From Iphione sp. A-MEVVRFRX5 (lineage: Eukaryota): DNA of 64,000 nucleotides. Where the stretch lies: NCBI GenBank assembly GCA_976226885.1, contig OZ320314.1, forward strand, positions 40,486,001-40,550,000, in the 5' to 3' direction. Shown here piece by piece: positions 49,200 to 63,496 of the stretch (position 1 is the stretch's first letter; every line of letters begins with the position of its first letter). A program made the translations under genes and the position numbers. Below the pieces are notes generated by a model that made no database searches, was not told the origin of the DNA, and worked only from the letters and a program-made list of their open reading frames with translations.

Positions 49200-49570
49200 C
49201 AATATTGAACAGTGCTACTTTGTGTGCATTGTATCTGTCTCTGCAAACCAAGGCTATTTCTTTGACAAAGGAATATACTATGGTTCCTGGGAGGATTATT
49301 CTATTCATTCCTGTATCTTTGTGGGATGTGCGCATGTTGGTGCCTATTCATATGTTATATCCCTTGTGATTAAGGTGGATATTCTTTGTTTTTTCCTTTC
49401 CCTGCTTCAGATTCCAAGGTCTGGTATCCAGGAGGTGAGAGTCTAGCTTACTTGTTTAGGGTCTCTCGAATTAGAGGGATATCTGGGCTGTTTGTCCTTT
49501 TTTCGTGAGTTTTTGGTTCTATCTGAGGGTTCTTTTTTCAGCCTGATCTTAAATTGTGGGGTATGTGGTG
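49200..49570 (-). pseudogene. Degraded LINE AP-endonuclease N-terminal fragment
   Basis: One frame reads PDIPLIRETLNK*ARLSPPGYQTLE, resembling the APE PDIxxITETWL...L.PPGY motif. Confidence 0.4.
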
Positions 49571-50469
49571 ATCTGGTAGCTGGTGTGTTCTGGTGGGTTG
49601 AGGTGAATGGGCAGAGTTTGTCTCCTCCTTCTGAGTGGTGACTCATGGATCATATTGTGCATGCTGCTATTGGTATAGGTGTTTCTTGCAGGTGTAGGTT
49701 TTCTGGCTGGTCGATCTCTGCTTGTTTGGCTTTTTGCCAGGCTATTCATTTTGACCCATGCATCCCTCCACCAAAGGCAGATGTGACTCCCACCTTCAAG
49801 GGTCTGAAAGAGCTTACATACATGTACTTGGAGCTGTCTTCCTGCACCCTTGCCAGAGTGGGATTCTCTGGCCTTTCATCTCTCCACTCTGATCCCATAT
49901 TCCTGATAGTGGTAGAAGTGCGTGACTATGCTATATAGGTGAGTGACTGTGCATCGCCTGTAAATTCTTATTTAATATAACTGATGGTCACAGTCGAGGT
50001 CTTGACTCAAAGCCAAGGGCATGCCAGTCATTTGTGTGACACTCCAAGGCGGGGCCGTGAGGGGAGTTTTCTCTGTCCCTTCTCAGAATGATTTGTGATG
50101 AACTCTGTTTTATTCCATCCCCATAAGGCAGATTAGTTGGGCTATGTGCTATATAAAGATTCCCATGCCCTTGTTTCTTGCATTGACAATGTTAGGTGCT
50201 ATCCCCACGTGCACAAACTATCCGGACCCACCACTATTGGCTAGGAAAGCAGGGAAACCTGATGAGGCAGTTAAGACAGAATTATCTCCATGTGCACGGG
50301 CTACCTGGCCGCGCCACTTCATGTATGTGGACTGATCAGTGAAGGAGCAGTCTGGCTGGACCATGCCATGGGAATAGGCATTTAAGACATGTAAAACACA
50401 TGTAACATGCTTTAAAACATGTGTAGTTCTTTAAAATGTGCATATCAAATTTTGCATAAAAGCCACATA

Positions 50470-50582
50470 AAATTTCCACCAATATGCCTCACTTTCAGCA
50501 ACAAGCTGTACATAAAACATGTAAAATTTCCACTGATATGCCTTACTTTCAACAAGAAGCTGCAATATTTCCACTGATATAT
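50470..50582. repeat. Tandem duplication (about 54-bp unit x2 plus a partial copy)
   Basis: AATTTCCACYRATATGCCTYACTTTCARCAASAAGCTG is repeated. Confidence 0.75.
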
Positions 50583-53500
50583 CTCACAAAACAAAAAAGA
50601 AATGCTCTATATATTATATAAATGGTATGGTATAAATGGTAACAAATTTGAAAGAACTAACATATGTTTTACATGTTTTCATGAAAGAAAGACATATTAG
50701 CCTGTGTACATGGGATAAGCCCTGCAACTGGTGGTGGGGAGGTACGAACAGCCCGGACCACACCACCAGTGGCAAATATATAGTTCGCATACATGGTAGA
50801 GCCTTAGGGACAGGGTTATTATGATTGTACATATAACATGTAGGCAACAAGTATGGAAGTGCATATAAATGCACTCATACAAGTTATTGATTGTTTCAGG
50901 TGTAATAAATGGGAAGCTCCATTTTCATGTATCTGTGTTTTTGTGCTCGTGCCATTTTCAGAGTGGAAACTAGAAACTATGGTTGTCTCTTGGACTGCGT
51001 CCATGTACATGTGTAGCATGTAGTTTGCTGCATGTTTCAATGTAACATACTTTTAGAATGAACCATGTCCCATTCTGCATTGTTTCCACAATCGTGTATA
51101 TGTGTTTTCTATTACTATTTGAATGTTTTCAGCTGTGAACACAGCTTTGACTTGTCAAGGCGCTTCACGGTGCTAAAACAAGCTATACTGTACACAGACA
51201 CATGGAAATCAAGCCTTCAGGGCCAATAAGTGGACTCATTCATGTCAGACATGGGGATATCATGCATTAGAATGTCGATCGTAGATGCTTCTTTATTGAC
51301 TCCAATATTTGATTTACTTTCTCCTAAAGTGCTGGATGATATTACTAGTATGTGCTCACTGAATTGCTTTCGACAATACTTTCCAGAAAAAATGATGCAC
51401 GCACACCAACTGAAGCAGCGCACAATGACGGTGCATGATTACTTCCTTCCCGCCTGATAAACAGGTGCCTATACAGTCCATAACAATAACCCCACCGTGC
51501 AGGCCGGGAGCAGACGACATTCCCAACAGAGTTGGCCGCATGGTATGACTGGTTGCTGTTTTCGGATTGTTGACCGTAAAAGCGGCAGGACCATGGGCAC
51601 GTCCGCATAAATGAAGTCTCAAGTGTGTTTGAAAAATGAAAACGGTCAGACAATAAATGCATTGGACTGTTTAGTTTTCGTTGGTCCTACTGCGGATTGA
51701 AATGTTTTCATTCCCCCCCCCCCGCGCCTATGGATGTGCACAATTAAAGGCCACTACAATTCCCCTTAATATCCTGGCATAAAGAAAAGGTATAGTGTAA
51801 AGTATGGCTGTGACTATGCCTTAATGGAGGATTCTCACGGGACCCACACAGCATAAACTATGATAAGATCATTCTACGTATTTGTAGATAGTGACAACAG
51901 GATACGTCTCGCTTGAGCTTCTTATTCCGAAATTTTGACAATCATTGACAAGATACGTTTGATAAATGATAATGGTAGAAATGAACTAAATCACTCTGTG
52001 AGACAACAATCGGAAATGTCTGTTTTGTTTACAGAAAATGGAACCGTTAAAATATGCAAGATCTTCATTAGTTCCAGGCATTTTTATTTGCCCTTAAATT
52101 GCCCCGTCATGGGACGGCTCCGTGCGATGTCTTCTCCTGAGACGTTTGCTGATAAATAACAAATGAAGCTGAGATAATTCGGTAGGAATAAATAGGAAAT
52201 AAACTGACACTTTTTAGCTGATTGAGCACGGCTTTGTGGATCATCACCCTTGCTCCACCCAGCAAGGAACTGCTTTCAATCAGTCGTTGTTTTAGTTTAA
52301 GTAAATACTTCTTCAATAGAAAATCGTGTCCCACAGTATAGTTCCTTCCTACGGAAAATGTGGTATAGATAAGCAACAATTTCACTTTCAGTGACAGTCT
52401 GGTTTTATGTCGCACAAGGCTCTTTTTGAGCGTACCACTGTATCCTACGCCAGCGTTGCCATGATACACGAGTACAAATCAAAATACACGTATATGTATC
52501 ATAGGATTCGGCTTGGTATGAAATGAAGACAAACCTCATGGACTGAGTCGATGCTCGCCATTACAAATTAAGACGACATTGTAACATGAACTTTCACCTA
52601 ATCTCACGACTGCCTTTTGTTCTGTCTACTTTACTAATATTGTAGTCTGCCCTTCTTTTTCTGAAATAGCATCCGTGGATATTACTTTGTGGAGTTTCTT
52701 TTCGGTTCTCCATATTCATTTTCTTATCATTGGTCGTAGAGAACTGGCTCCTTCTCCTAGACGCACTTTATAAATGAGTTTATTTAGGGTAAATATTGAC
52801 AGGGATATGGAGGTATCTTTGAACTAAAGCTTGCAAAGAGTATAATGAAAAGCAAATGAGAACACATACGATGAAGTGATTTATACCCTCCTCGGTCTTC
52901 TTAATCCTCCTGGGGTGAATAGTGCTTAAATGCCATTAATTTTTATGGGTGAATTGCATTGATGAAATATGTCGTGATAAAATGTACATAATACATAATG
53001 TACATCTAGGTTTGCGTGAGAACTGGTCTATTCTACATACAAGAACTGAGAAAATGTGTATTCAAGATGCATATAATGCCATCAAATAAACATTTTCCTC
53101 ACATTATTCTCATTCAGTATTGTGTCATCCATCTGTATGAACCTAAGTGTGCCACCTTCAAAGCATTAATTTGCATCCATTGTCTTCCTAATTATTTGCT
53201 TAGTAGTCTCAGCCTGCTGGCAGCACTAGGTTCATGATGCATATCTGCTTCAAGCAAGTAACAATCAAATATATCTTAAGTCAGAAGTATAATTAGGGGA
53301 TCAGTATACGATTTAAATGTATGTCTTGAAAAAGATGTACTGATAAAATTTGCAAATGAATAAACACAACATTAAAGGTAGTAAAATGTTCTTGTATGCA
53401 TGAAACTTACTGTTGATGAAACATTCATAAATCAGACATTATATAATAATACTTTGGCTTTGAACCAAGAACGTATTGGGTTGAATTCATAAGAGCTAGT

Positions 53501-54039
53501 AACAACATAGTACAGTGCACATGCAAACGTGCAATTGGTTGTCCTAAAAGGCATACTGAAAGAGTAGAAAGAAAGTGTACCCAACAGGCCAATAGTGATA
53601 TATCTTTACACAACTTACATACTACGTTGCCTGAAAGTAAGTCCAGCCCATGGAAATTTGGTTTGACTAAAGAAAAAGTATTCATTTTGTTCGTTCAGAA
53701 ATAACACTGAGAAAGATGCCAATGCATAGCTATTCCATGTATGGAAAAAGAATCATCATTCAAGACATATACCATATGTAGTCCTACGTTCTCAAAGCTG
53801 AATAGGAATATGCCTTGGTTATATAACACAAACCTTCCCAGCGTTCAACTAAGAAGAACATTCCTTAATTGCTAACAACCAGTGCTTGTGTATAAGGTGG
53901 ATGTATGGTTAAAAAAAACGGTGTAATTATTTAAGACAGTATGAAATGTTTTCAGATTTTTAACGACAGCAGGTCTGATGACATATATTTATTTTGTCAG
54001 TGATTTGAAGCAGTATAGACGTCTTTTGTCCTTGGGACC

Positions 54040-57000
54040 GGTCTTAGCTATTTTAGTGGATCAAAACTGCTCGAAATGCAGAAGGAGGTATTTATCTCCT
54101 ATTGGTGTGAAGTATTTGTTGTCTTCTAATCTGGATGTTAGTAACTTCAAGGAGGTTATGAAGGAATTGTCCAAGGAGAATGATATGAATGGTCGTGTGT
54201 CAACGATTGAATCAATGCTGGGTTTAATCATGACAAAATTGGAGAAAAGTACTTAGCACATCGTTGTCTAAGGAGAACTTGGTTTTTGGAGACAACTACT
54301 TGCTTGGAAGTGAATCTTCATCTTCGATGATACTAGCGATGTGGATTCTTTGGATGACTCTTCCTGTGGCACTTTAAAAAAGAAAAGCAAAACGCCGAAA
54401 GGTAAAGAGAAGAAGGCCTATGATATTAGGAAGCTTGCTAAAGCTAATATGATTGTCTCTTTTGATCAGATCATGTATGGTTCATTAAGTTCAGTGGAAC
54501 CTCTCTACTGCGGACATCAGAGGGTGTGTAAGAGTCCTAAAAAGGCCGAATTCGACGAGTAATAGTAATAAAAGAGGTGAATTTGATAAGTAAGAGTCAT
54601 AAAAATGATGACTTTTTCGAGTAAGAGTCCTGAGGGTGAATTTGACAAGTAGGTATCCTAAAAGTGCCAAATTTATGGTCACGGCCACACCTCTGCTCAT
54701 ACTCAGACTATAAATATACTTCCAACGCTTTGAGCATAGACATCTGAGGCAGTATATACCCGCTGATTCGTGGTACAAACCCTTCACCAGCGCTTTCCTC
54801 ACACCTTCTTCTGATGATGGTAGATCTGAAGAGCAGGTCGGCATTGCCCATGACCGTCCTCCCAACTTCACCAACCCGTCCTTCACGCATTCCAAGCCAC
54901 TCTATCTGCTGTTTCCTTCTGAAAATAAGGTTTGGGGACAGTAAAATTGTTGTTCACAGGCGGTTGTCTACTGTGGATGAGTGTCCACAATGGCCGGGAG
55001 GCTTTAGACATGAAATAGTAGACATGAAATAGAAGGTTTTTGTACCATTCTGGGCAATTTGCATCCACTGTGAGGGTTGTCCATAGTGGCCGGGCGTCCA
55101 ATAACAGGGTCTCCTCTATATTTTTAAAGGATGTTAAGGAAAGATGTGCTGGTTATGTTGACCATTTGAGGTTCCTAAGCGGTATGAAAGTGAAAAATAG
55201 GTATCAATCTTCTGCGCTTATCAATTATAACGCTGAAATCAGAGAGAAGGCTGAGAAGAGAGCAATGAAAGTTTTTGGCTTCGGTGATGATGGCGCAATA
55301 AGGGAGTTGCTAGGCTTTGATGCTCAGATCCAATTTGATAAGAAAGTGAAATTTTCTCAGCCTAAATATGGTTCAGATAGGAAGACAGCTTCAGAGAATA
55401 ACTGCTATAAATTTAACAATGGGACGTGATAATGGTTGTCTTGTATGTTGTGACGTAAGTCGCCTTGGATTCGAATGTATTAAGAATTTCAATAATTCTA
55501 CTAAACCTAAGACAAATAAGAGCGGAAATGAAAATCGGTTGGATGAAGTCGTGAATGATTTGTCAAAGATGTGGGTATTTGAGAGAGACTCACTTAGTAA
55601 TATGTAGGGGAAGGGTTGGTAATTTAGACCCCCTAAGAAAAATATGCTCTAAAAGCAAAATGTCTAAGCCACTGTCCAAATACTTTACTTATTTTGAAGC
55701 AATAGGGGCTGCAGCATATTTTAACAAACTGGGGGGATTTTAGTTTTATTAGTCTTTGAGTAAAATGCAATTGAAAATATTTTATGACTGGTACAGTTTA
55801 CCCAACAGGGAGGGTAAATTGGGCCAGGTGCCATAGTCTGCTCAGTCAGGGCTTTGAAAGGTTTTGGTCACTATTAGTTGTGATGCCAATGGACTTTTTG
55901 ACTTCTACCATCAACAGAATGGGACCTGCATTCCTGGGGTAGATATCGTTTCATACCTGTTGCTGCAACTTTATAAAATGTGCGAACATATATATTTACA
56001 ATGTTTCACCAAATATGTTAAAAACTGGAAAAATTTATTTGACAAGATAACCTCTTAGGCCTAAAAAGCTCCTTGCACTAGTGACAGGAGCTTTGTTGAT
56101 GACCTTCTTAAACACCCGGGCAAATTACCACACATCTATATCAGTTGTCTTTTCATTAAAAGTCTAAAATATGTTAAAACCAAAAGTATATAAATAAAAA
56201 CCAATAAATGTTTCTCTATTTCATTTCAATTAAAAAATACAATAGAAAAGGATACATCATTGAGTTCCATAAACTTGCACTACATTTACTGTCTTAGTTC
56301 AAAATCGATTGGCTTCATATGATAGCTCCATGTTGAGGCTTAATACAGATACTACAAGGTTTCTTCAAAGCCTGCTTAACAGATAAAATAAAAGGTAATG
56401 GTTGTGTAGGTAGATTGGACTGAGTCAGATAGTTTCACCAGTGGTACAATATACCCTCCCTATAGTGGTCCAATTTACCCACACACCAACCCCCAGGAGA
56501 AATATTTTCCACTCATTTTTATGTAGGATGACAGAGACTAGATTTGGTGTTAGTATTTCTTCTGAGTGAGACAGTATTGATATAAAGTTATGATAGGGGT
56601 CTCTGTACTTTCTGCTCACAATTACATTGTCAAATATAATTGATAAAATTAGATCAGTGAGAGGTAAAACCAATGTTTCTCAGCTTGGCACATGTTCTTT
56701 TGAAGCCACCATATTTTAGTTCTGAAACATTCTGTAGTTATATCACTTGTTGTTAGATGGTGCTCATATTCCTTCCTTGCCTAAAAATATGAGATCTTGA
56801 TGTGGTCCAATTTACCCACTGGTCCAAATTACCCACCTTTCCCCTATACAGAAATGTGATGTGTATTCTGGTGGTCATGCTGTCTTCGACGATGACGATA
56901 ATGCGGTGGTTGAAATACTAGCCTAATGAGCATGACGTATCGGCATGGGTACTGTGCGAAAAGGCGGTGCTGGATCTACATAATTGTAGTCCAGAGAGAC

Positions 57001-57600
57001 GCATGCTTGAGGGTGATGTATGTACGGGGTTTTGTGCCACTTTGTTATTTTTTTTAGAAGGAAATGGCGATCAAAGTATGTAATGATTGCATGAGTAATT
57101 CAAAAGTGTAAGCATGTCATCGGAGGAGTCGCATATTCTCTCTTACCATGATAGGTTCTGCAACCTGTTTTTCTGGACTTTGAGTGATTATAAGTTGTTT
57201 CTGGATTTTGAGTAATCATTGTTTCTCTCGAAGGGTGTTGTTGTCCAGGGTTTTAAAATCTTGGATGATGTTACTGAGGTGGAATATGCTTTTGAGTATT
57301 AGCAGTCAATTCTCACAGATAAATTCAAGCTAGAGATGGATAAGAAGGATAGTGATGAGTTGAAGAAAAGTTTAATCTCAAAGGTGTCAGGTAAAACCTA
57401 AATGTATTAATGAATTGGGGTTGAGGAGAAGTCGGTGGGATCCCTTCATTCCATCAGTGCTTGTTCTAGACCCCTGAGTGGATCAATTAATTGTCGTATG
57501 AATAGCGGCTTTGAGAAATTTTCGGATAATTCCTGGGATGGTGTAGCAGATATCTTGGTAGAGGGTGCCTTTATGAACGTATATGTGTATGATCATGAAT
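54040..57600 (+). mobile_element. Degraded DIRS/Ngaro-type (tyrosine-recombinase) retrotransposon: gag-like ORF1 and RT N-terminus, interrupted by a TIR element
   Basis: ORF1 relics: CSKCRRRYLSPIGVKY (degenerate CxxC-H-P-G-C), YVDHLRFLS...ALINYNAEIREKA, and CYKFNNGT...C...C. RT relic at 57222-57590: FLSKGVVVQGFKILD...IGVEEKSVGSLHSISACSRPLSGSINC...FSDNSWDGVADILVEGAFM. Many stops; no YR domain seen. Confidence 0.7.
55607..56844. mobile_element. Non-autonomous Tc1/mariner/pogo-like TIR element (1238 bp)
   Basis: TA at both flanks (55605-06, 56845-46). 24-bp TIR GGGGAAGGGTTGGTAATTTAGACC versus GGGGAAAGGTGGGTAATTTGGACC. Subterminal GGTCCAATTTACCCA repeats. No transposase ORF. Confidence 0.8.
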
Positions 57601-59931
57601 GACTACAACGCAGATGTGGGGTAAACATGTGACTACATAGCCTTTATTCATTGAAAGTTGAAAACGAGCTGAGAGACGGTTGATACGTCATGCATTATAA
57701 GGGGCGGTTGCCAAGCTAACCTGTTGCTTGGAGAGCCAACAGCTCATACACTCAAATAGATATACCATCTATTGCCATATATAGTTGATCACATTTCCGT
57801 TGGCCATCACCTCGGTAATAATTACATGCATTGTATGTATCTAGTGTATTATGTTCCCGATGATGGTACTGAAAATCACTCAATACTTCAAACGAAATCT
57901 TTACTTTTACGCTGTGTTGTATATTTAGTAATAAAAAGAGCCCCTTTTGAATACACTCTATATTTATGTTGTCGTTATTCCGGAAAATGTGCAATACATA
58001 TACATGTATACCCATCCCTTTATTACGCTATTTTTTATGATGACAAATGTGGCCTAGGTGGAGGGCTCTGTGTTTTGTGATTATAGCTTTCAGCACACAA
58101 GCCCAGTGTAGTTTCTGTTGGCTATAAGTTTTGACTCACTGAAGATGAACACATCAAACTTGTTGTCGGAAGTCTCAGTCAAACCATGACATCATTTTAC
58201 AACTCTTGGTTTGAGTTTCAAGATTAAGTCTTGTTTGATAACCAGTCACATTATATGAATATAATGCAGACATTTACGCGCTGGTGTATTATACATACCT
58301 TGGAAAGCGTGGTTCAGCCAGGTATAAAACTGAAATTGATTATGATAGTCCAAAATATCTCGTGTCCTTTGCCAAGGGGTTTTGAAGTCCACCAAAGCTA
58401 TCTGAAATACAACACTTTAAACAACTGTATAAGAAAGGACTGTTATCATCGCCTAGACAGTACCAGATAACACATAATTTTCCTGTGTTGACTTTTATTC
58501 GAAATCCTTAAGGGAAAACAGTTTTGACCTTGAGCGGACGAAATTCACTTGGTACTAGAATTTCCCGTCCTACCCATGACAGCTTAGTGAAGAACTATGC
58601 ACTGTGACGTCCTCTGGTGAGGGATGTGATGAAAGAGTACACCCATCACATCCTCCGCCTGCTGACAAAAGAGAAAATTACGATTTGGAGGGAAGCTTCG
58701 GATCTCTTTTCCTTTCCTGTTGCAGGGAGAGTATTCACGGTATTAAACCTGGTGCACAGCTATAGACGCTTCCATGCGTGAAGATGAAACATTCATCAGT
58801 GGTGGATTTCATATTTCCCTGGACACTGCTACAGCGCGGTGATGTCTGCAATCTCTGACATCGTAAATGGGCAGTCCATGTCAACCATTTTTGTGACGTT
58901 CTTGTACATGTCGTGCTGTAACGGGTTGTTTCAGCCTCCTGGGATGCCTCGGTTCCAATGAGGAACAGAGAACATCACATCCTTGTGAGGAGATATGAGG
59001 TTACATTTTGGACAATGATATAAACCTGCTTACCATCAAATAACATGCTTTGAACCAAATATATACCCTATGTATGGATGGGTTTCAATTTTTGACCGAG
59101 TGGCTCTCTAAAGTGTGAAGGAATTAACTATGTTAGATACAAAAACAGACTTGTAGGGATCTGCACCAGGGAATTAGTTTTTTTTATATTTCAGTTTCTA
59201 CAAGAAGACCTTCCCAAATCCTACCCAAATTACCAGCATCTTGCATGCATTTTAGACGAAAAACTGTCTAGGGCTTTCATGTTAGTTTTAGTTCTCGTTG
59301 ACATTTGAGAAACGGCTTTTAATGTTTAAAAAAATCCCCAAATCTCATGGATGCGAGAAGTCGATTCTAGTCATGTGACCTTTTACCATTTTTGTTGACC
59401 ATATTCAATTTTACAACCATTTTGTATGTATTTGAGATCGTGTTGTCTTTGTTTCTGAGTACTTCATATTCAGATAGTGATTATAAGCTGTTCTGTGAGT
59501 AGTTTAATAGTACCTCAAACCCAAACATCTTAATCGAGTCATTAAGCACCCGTCACATTGCCGCCTGCAAAACCAATGAAGTTCCCGCCTATCGGCGCTA
59601 TGGTCCTCTACCAATACCCAGTGAGAGCAATCGTTTCTAGGGGACTAACGATGGAAAACTACGGCAAGAGTGTTAAAACTTTACTTCCCATTGATGTTGC
59701 ATTGGTGCGTACATCACAAAGATGCACATCGAACAAGATGCGATACGATTACTCGGAGACAAATAATCGATAAATGAGAAACGTGTCAAACCCTGTTTAA
59801 GAATGTGAATGGCATAAGAATAGTATTCTCCTTATCTTAATACATGTAGTTAATAACATAATTATGGTAATTGTGTGTTAGATGTTGAGAAAATTATCAT
59901 CTATTATTGTCCCTGCCCGTTCTCCCCTCAG

Positions 59932-61190
59932 AGAATTTGAATGAAACACTAACACCACCAGCCACAAACCCTCTTCGAGCAATCTAGAGCAAGTTTCAGT
60001 TTCTATTTTCAAGGGAAATTTGATGAGAACACTAAAGCCTCGATGCGGTCTACCAGATGTAGGTTTTGCTCTCAAAAACAGCAATAGTCGTACCGTGAAA
60101 CACCCGAATTTTACGTTATATGTTATGGAATTTCCATGTTTTTTTTAACTTTAGTTCCTATCGCAAGAAAGGTATGGTGCCAAGATATACACCAGGTTTA
60201 TGATTGGTTGTATAGAAACAAGCGATTCACACTTTTTTTGACATCTACATAGGCCTCAGCATATGAAGCGACTAGAGAGAGCCCGATGCACGATGCTTCT
60301 TTTCAGATAGGGTTTTCTTTGTTAGGTTAGGGAATGTGTATCATGGATCAACGCGTATTATGATGAATGTTTTTTTCCAAGCTTGTAAAAATGGCATTTG
60401 TCATATGACCATAACAGCTACAATGGAGTCTCCATCCTATCTTACAAGGTAGTCGGTGGTTACTCCAGGTTCTTTATGTATGAACCCTATTACATTACAG
60501 TCGTACGACTTCAGGTGAGAAACCCTGTCTCACCTAAGCCACACTGCTCTATCATTTCGTACCTGATTTTGAGACATAAATTTTGTGATCCACATTGTAA
60601 CGACAAGTAATTAGTTTCAACCATTTTTTGTCTAATGCATTTGATACATTTTAATATGTTACTAAAAGATATTCCCCTACATATTGATAAAAAAATGAAA
60701 AGCTTAACTTGTGTACAAGCTTCGAACACTGTCAAACAGGTAATGGTGTTTAGGGGACAAGATAAATGGTACTGATGTCAAAGAGGATGTGTTAATCCAA
60801 CTACTACAACTAATACCAGCTCACTAAAGGTATTAATTATTCTCCATTTGTACCTGGTTTCAACAAATCAGCATGTTAATAGAGAAACTGCTTCTGTAAT
60901 GTACTCACAACCTGAGTTATATGCGAAAGTACAGGTGTATTCAACTGTTGGTATGTGTACAACGAAAGCAACTGTCTCGTTGAGATCGAGGTGAGCCTTT
61001 CCCACTATGACCATGAGTGTACAATGAACATCGTGTTGACGGCCCAGGGGCAGCTCTGGCTCAGGCCACCTGGCCCTGCTGGTCTCAGACTTCGCGCTGT
61101 GAGGTCCACATTGACAGGGACGAGCGCTCGGATATCGACTACAGGGGTACACCATTAAGCCATAGTACTTGTACTTGCACCCCACGGATG
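59932..61190 (+). pseudogene. Matrix metalloproteinase (M10)-like pseudogene, intron-containing
   Basis: Cysteine switch KPRCGLPD (60035-60058) followed by donor GTAGGT. Upstream LRAI* and GKFDENTK lie in shifted frames. KW...ILSYK exon ends at 60448. DGPGAALAQATWP...VHIDRDE at 61038-61124. Stops and frameshifts are present and no HExGHxxGxxH was found. Confidence 0.6.
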
Positions 61191-63496
61191 TCTGACGTGC
61201 CGTGAAAACAAGTGCTTCATCCTAAGCAGTTTAGACTCGGTTAAGTCTTCATATATGAAAATATTTCGATTAATAGCAAAAAAACAATAGAAACAACAAA
61301 GTGCATAATGCTTCGAAAGTGCTTGTTCAATACTGTAAGCTGATTCCTGAACTATCACCTCTTGAATGAGATTGTATTGACTGTACCTATTGAGCATCCG
61401 TACCATGTAGATATGTTGCTAAAGTACCCTTACAACTCTGCATTAAGAGACTACAGGCACAAAGTGGCAGGAATGTCAACAAGCACTTGTTTCACTGCGC
61501 CGCATTCAGCCTGTGCCGTACCGCACAAAGCCACAGTCTGAGTGCTGTGCAGCGACACTATAATGCTTGTTGAGGTTCCCACCACTTTGTGGCTGTATCA
61601 TCTTCTTTCATGCCTATTGGCTTATAAACTACAAAGAAACATACCTAATTTATGTCATTTTGGGTTGATTATTCATATTTTTCAACTCGATACCATCATG
61701 TTGACAAGATTGCATCATAACAACAATCGTTATGCACATGTTCAACCTAAACAATTTGGGTTGAGCATGTGCATTGTCTAAAAAGTTTGTTGACTTCTGT
61801 TTCATAGTTAGGATGATGCCATTGAGTTAAATTCTTCGAATATATCAAAATATTGGTCGAAATGGCATAGAAACATACCAGAAAGGTGCATTTATGATTT
61901 ATAAATGTAATTTTTGCATTGGTCTCATCCAAAATCGTCTAATCTCTCCATAGTTCCATGAAAAAAAACTAGAATGTATCGTAATATGAAGGTGACTATT
62001 ATTCTCATTTTACACCAAGAATCCCTTATCATTATCAAAAGCATCATAATTTTGTTCATTTTAATCTACGTTTATATTAGAAACCGGTATCTTACTGCTG
62101 AGTGTAAATACCAAACCATGTATTCCTTGAAGATCAATTAAAAAGTTCTTTTAAAAAATCATCCTTGCGTTAAAATATTCATGACATTGATAATAAATTT
62201 GGACTTTTTTGGTTGGAAGGTTATAGGAATTTTCGTGTTTCATTTAATTTGGATGGAATAATGACATTTTGAGTTACTTCTCTTGTTGGGATCAGATTGA
62301 TGGAGTCCCTAAATCGCTTGTACAAGCACCAGTTAGCTTGCATTGGCTCCAGCAGTCAAAGGGTTTTTAAGGCGGTGCTGGCCATGTTTTAAAACTGGTA
62401 AAACATTCAAAATACTGGAGATGTAAATTGCCGCATTCCATTCAGAGAGCTCCCCAGAAGAGTTACCGCCAGGCACTTAGTTGTGTGATGTTCATTGTAT
62501 TCAGGAAAATGCCCCAAAAGTATGCAAAACGTGTTTCTTTGTTAGAAATCCAGTTTCTTTTAATATTGTCGGTCATATGCAGGTGATATCCAGTTTAGAA
62601 TTACTGGTATGAAAGCCAGCATGTAAGGAATACAATAACCTGTGTTTTTGTAGGTATATATATATAGAGAGAGTAGGTACTTCATGCTTTTTTCTAGTTT
62701 ATTATATTCAATAGAGAAATCGCTCTGTAATCATCCATATACATCTTGCCAGCACCTTTAAATAGTGCAGTTACTATAGCATGTTTTAGACGGTCTTGAA
62801 TTTTGCCATTTACCATGCACATATTGACAATTTTTGTTAAATGATTAGCAAATACGTTTTTTAGTTTTATTTAAAAGAAAACAAATAACATTTCTAATAG
62901 TGCCGATTTCTTTATAGGTAGATTTAAAATATTAGTAATAAACTGATTTACCACAAACTTTTGTTGCAATAATATTTCCTATAATAGGAGTATAATCTTT
63001 CACATCAATACATTTTACCTTTTTACAAGTTGTAAGTATCCCGTGGACTTATAATCAGTAATTTGTGCTTGCATAAATATTATCTTCTTTTTCAATACAA
63101 TTTGAACACATCTGTTTCTTTTTCTCTCGGCATTGCCTAAACTAAGGGGTCTTTAGTCAATTTCGTCTTGTCATATAGCCTAAGTCTTTCTTGAATTTCA
63201 CCTCTTGTAATTCCTCTTTATCCCTCCAGGGCTTTTTACTGTGCGTAACATTTATCTTTCTTACTAATCCATCTCATTCAGCTTGTCAGACATATTCTGG
63301 AAAAGTACATCAGTGTCAACTTCTTGGAAGAATGGTTTATTTATGTAGATGTAATGCGTTAATAGAATTTCCACCAATGTCTTAATTAATATATAGATAT
63401 ACATGCATACAGTTTAGTAATGCTAATAAGAAAAATGATAGTTTTGATGTCTAAAAGAATAGGTTATGCTTGGTCGACGTGGGCTAGACCTGTGCT

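Noticed and set aside
50255-50300. CTGATGAGGC motif
   Set aside because: No stem II closure or GAAA; more likely part of a decayed SINE-like repeat.
58560-58990. Minus-strand frame VMFSVPHWNRGIPGG*NNPLQ... faintly like flavodoxin-fold FMN reductases
   Set aside because: Multiple stops, a single short resemblance and no other family motifs.
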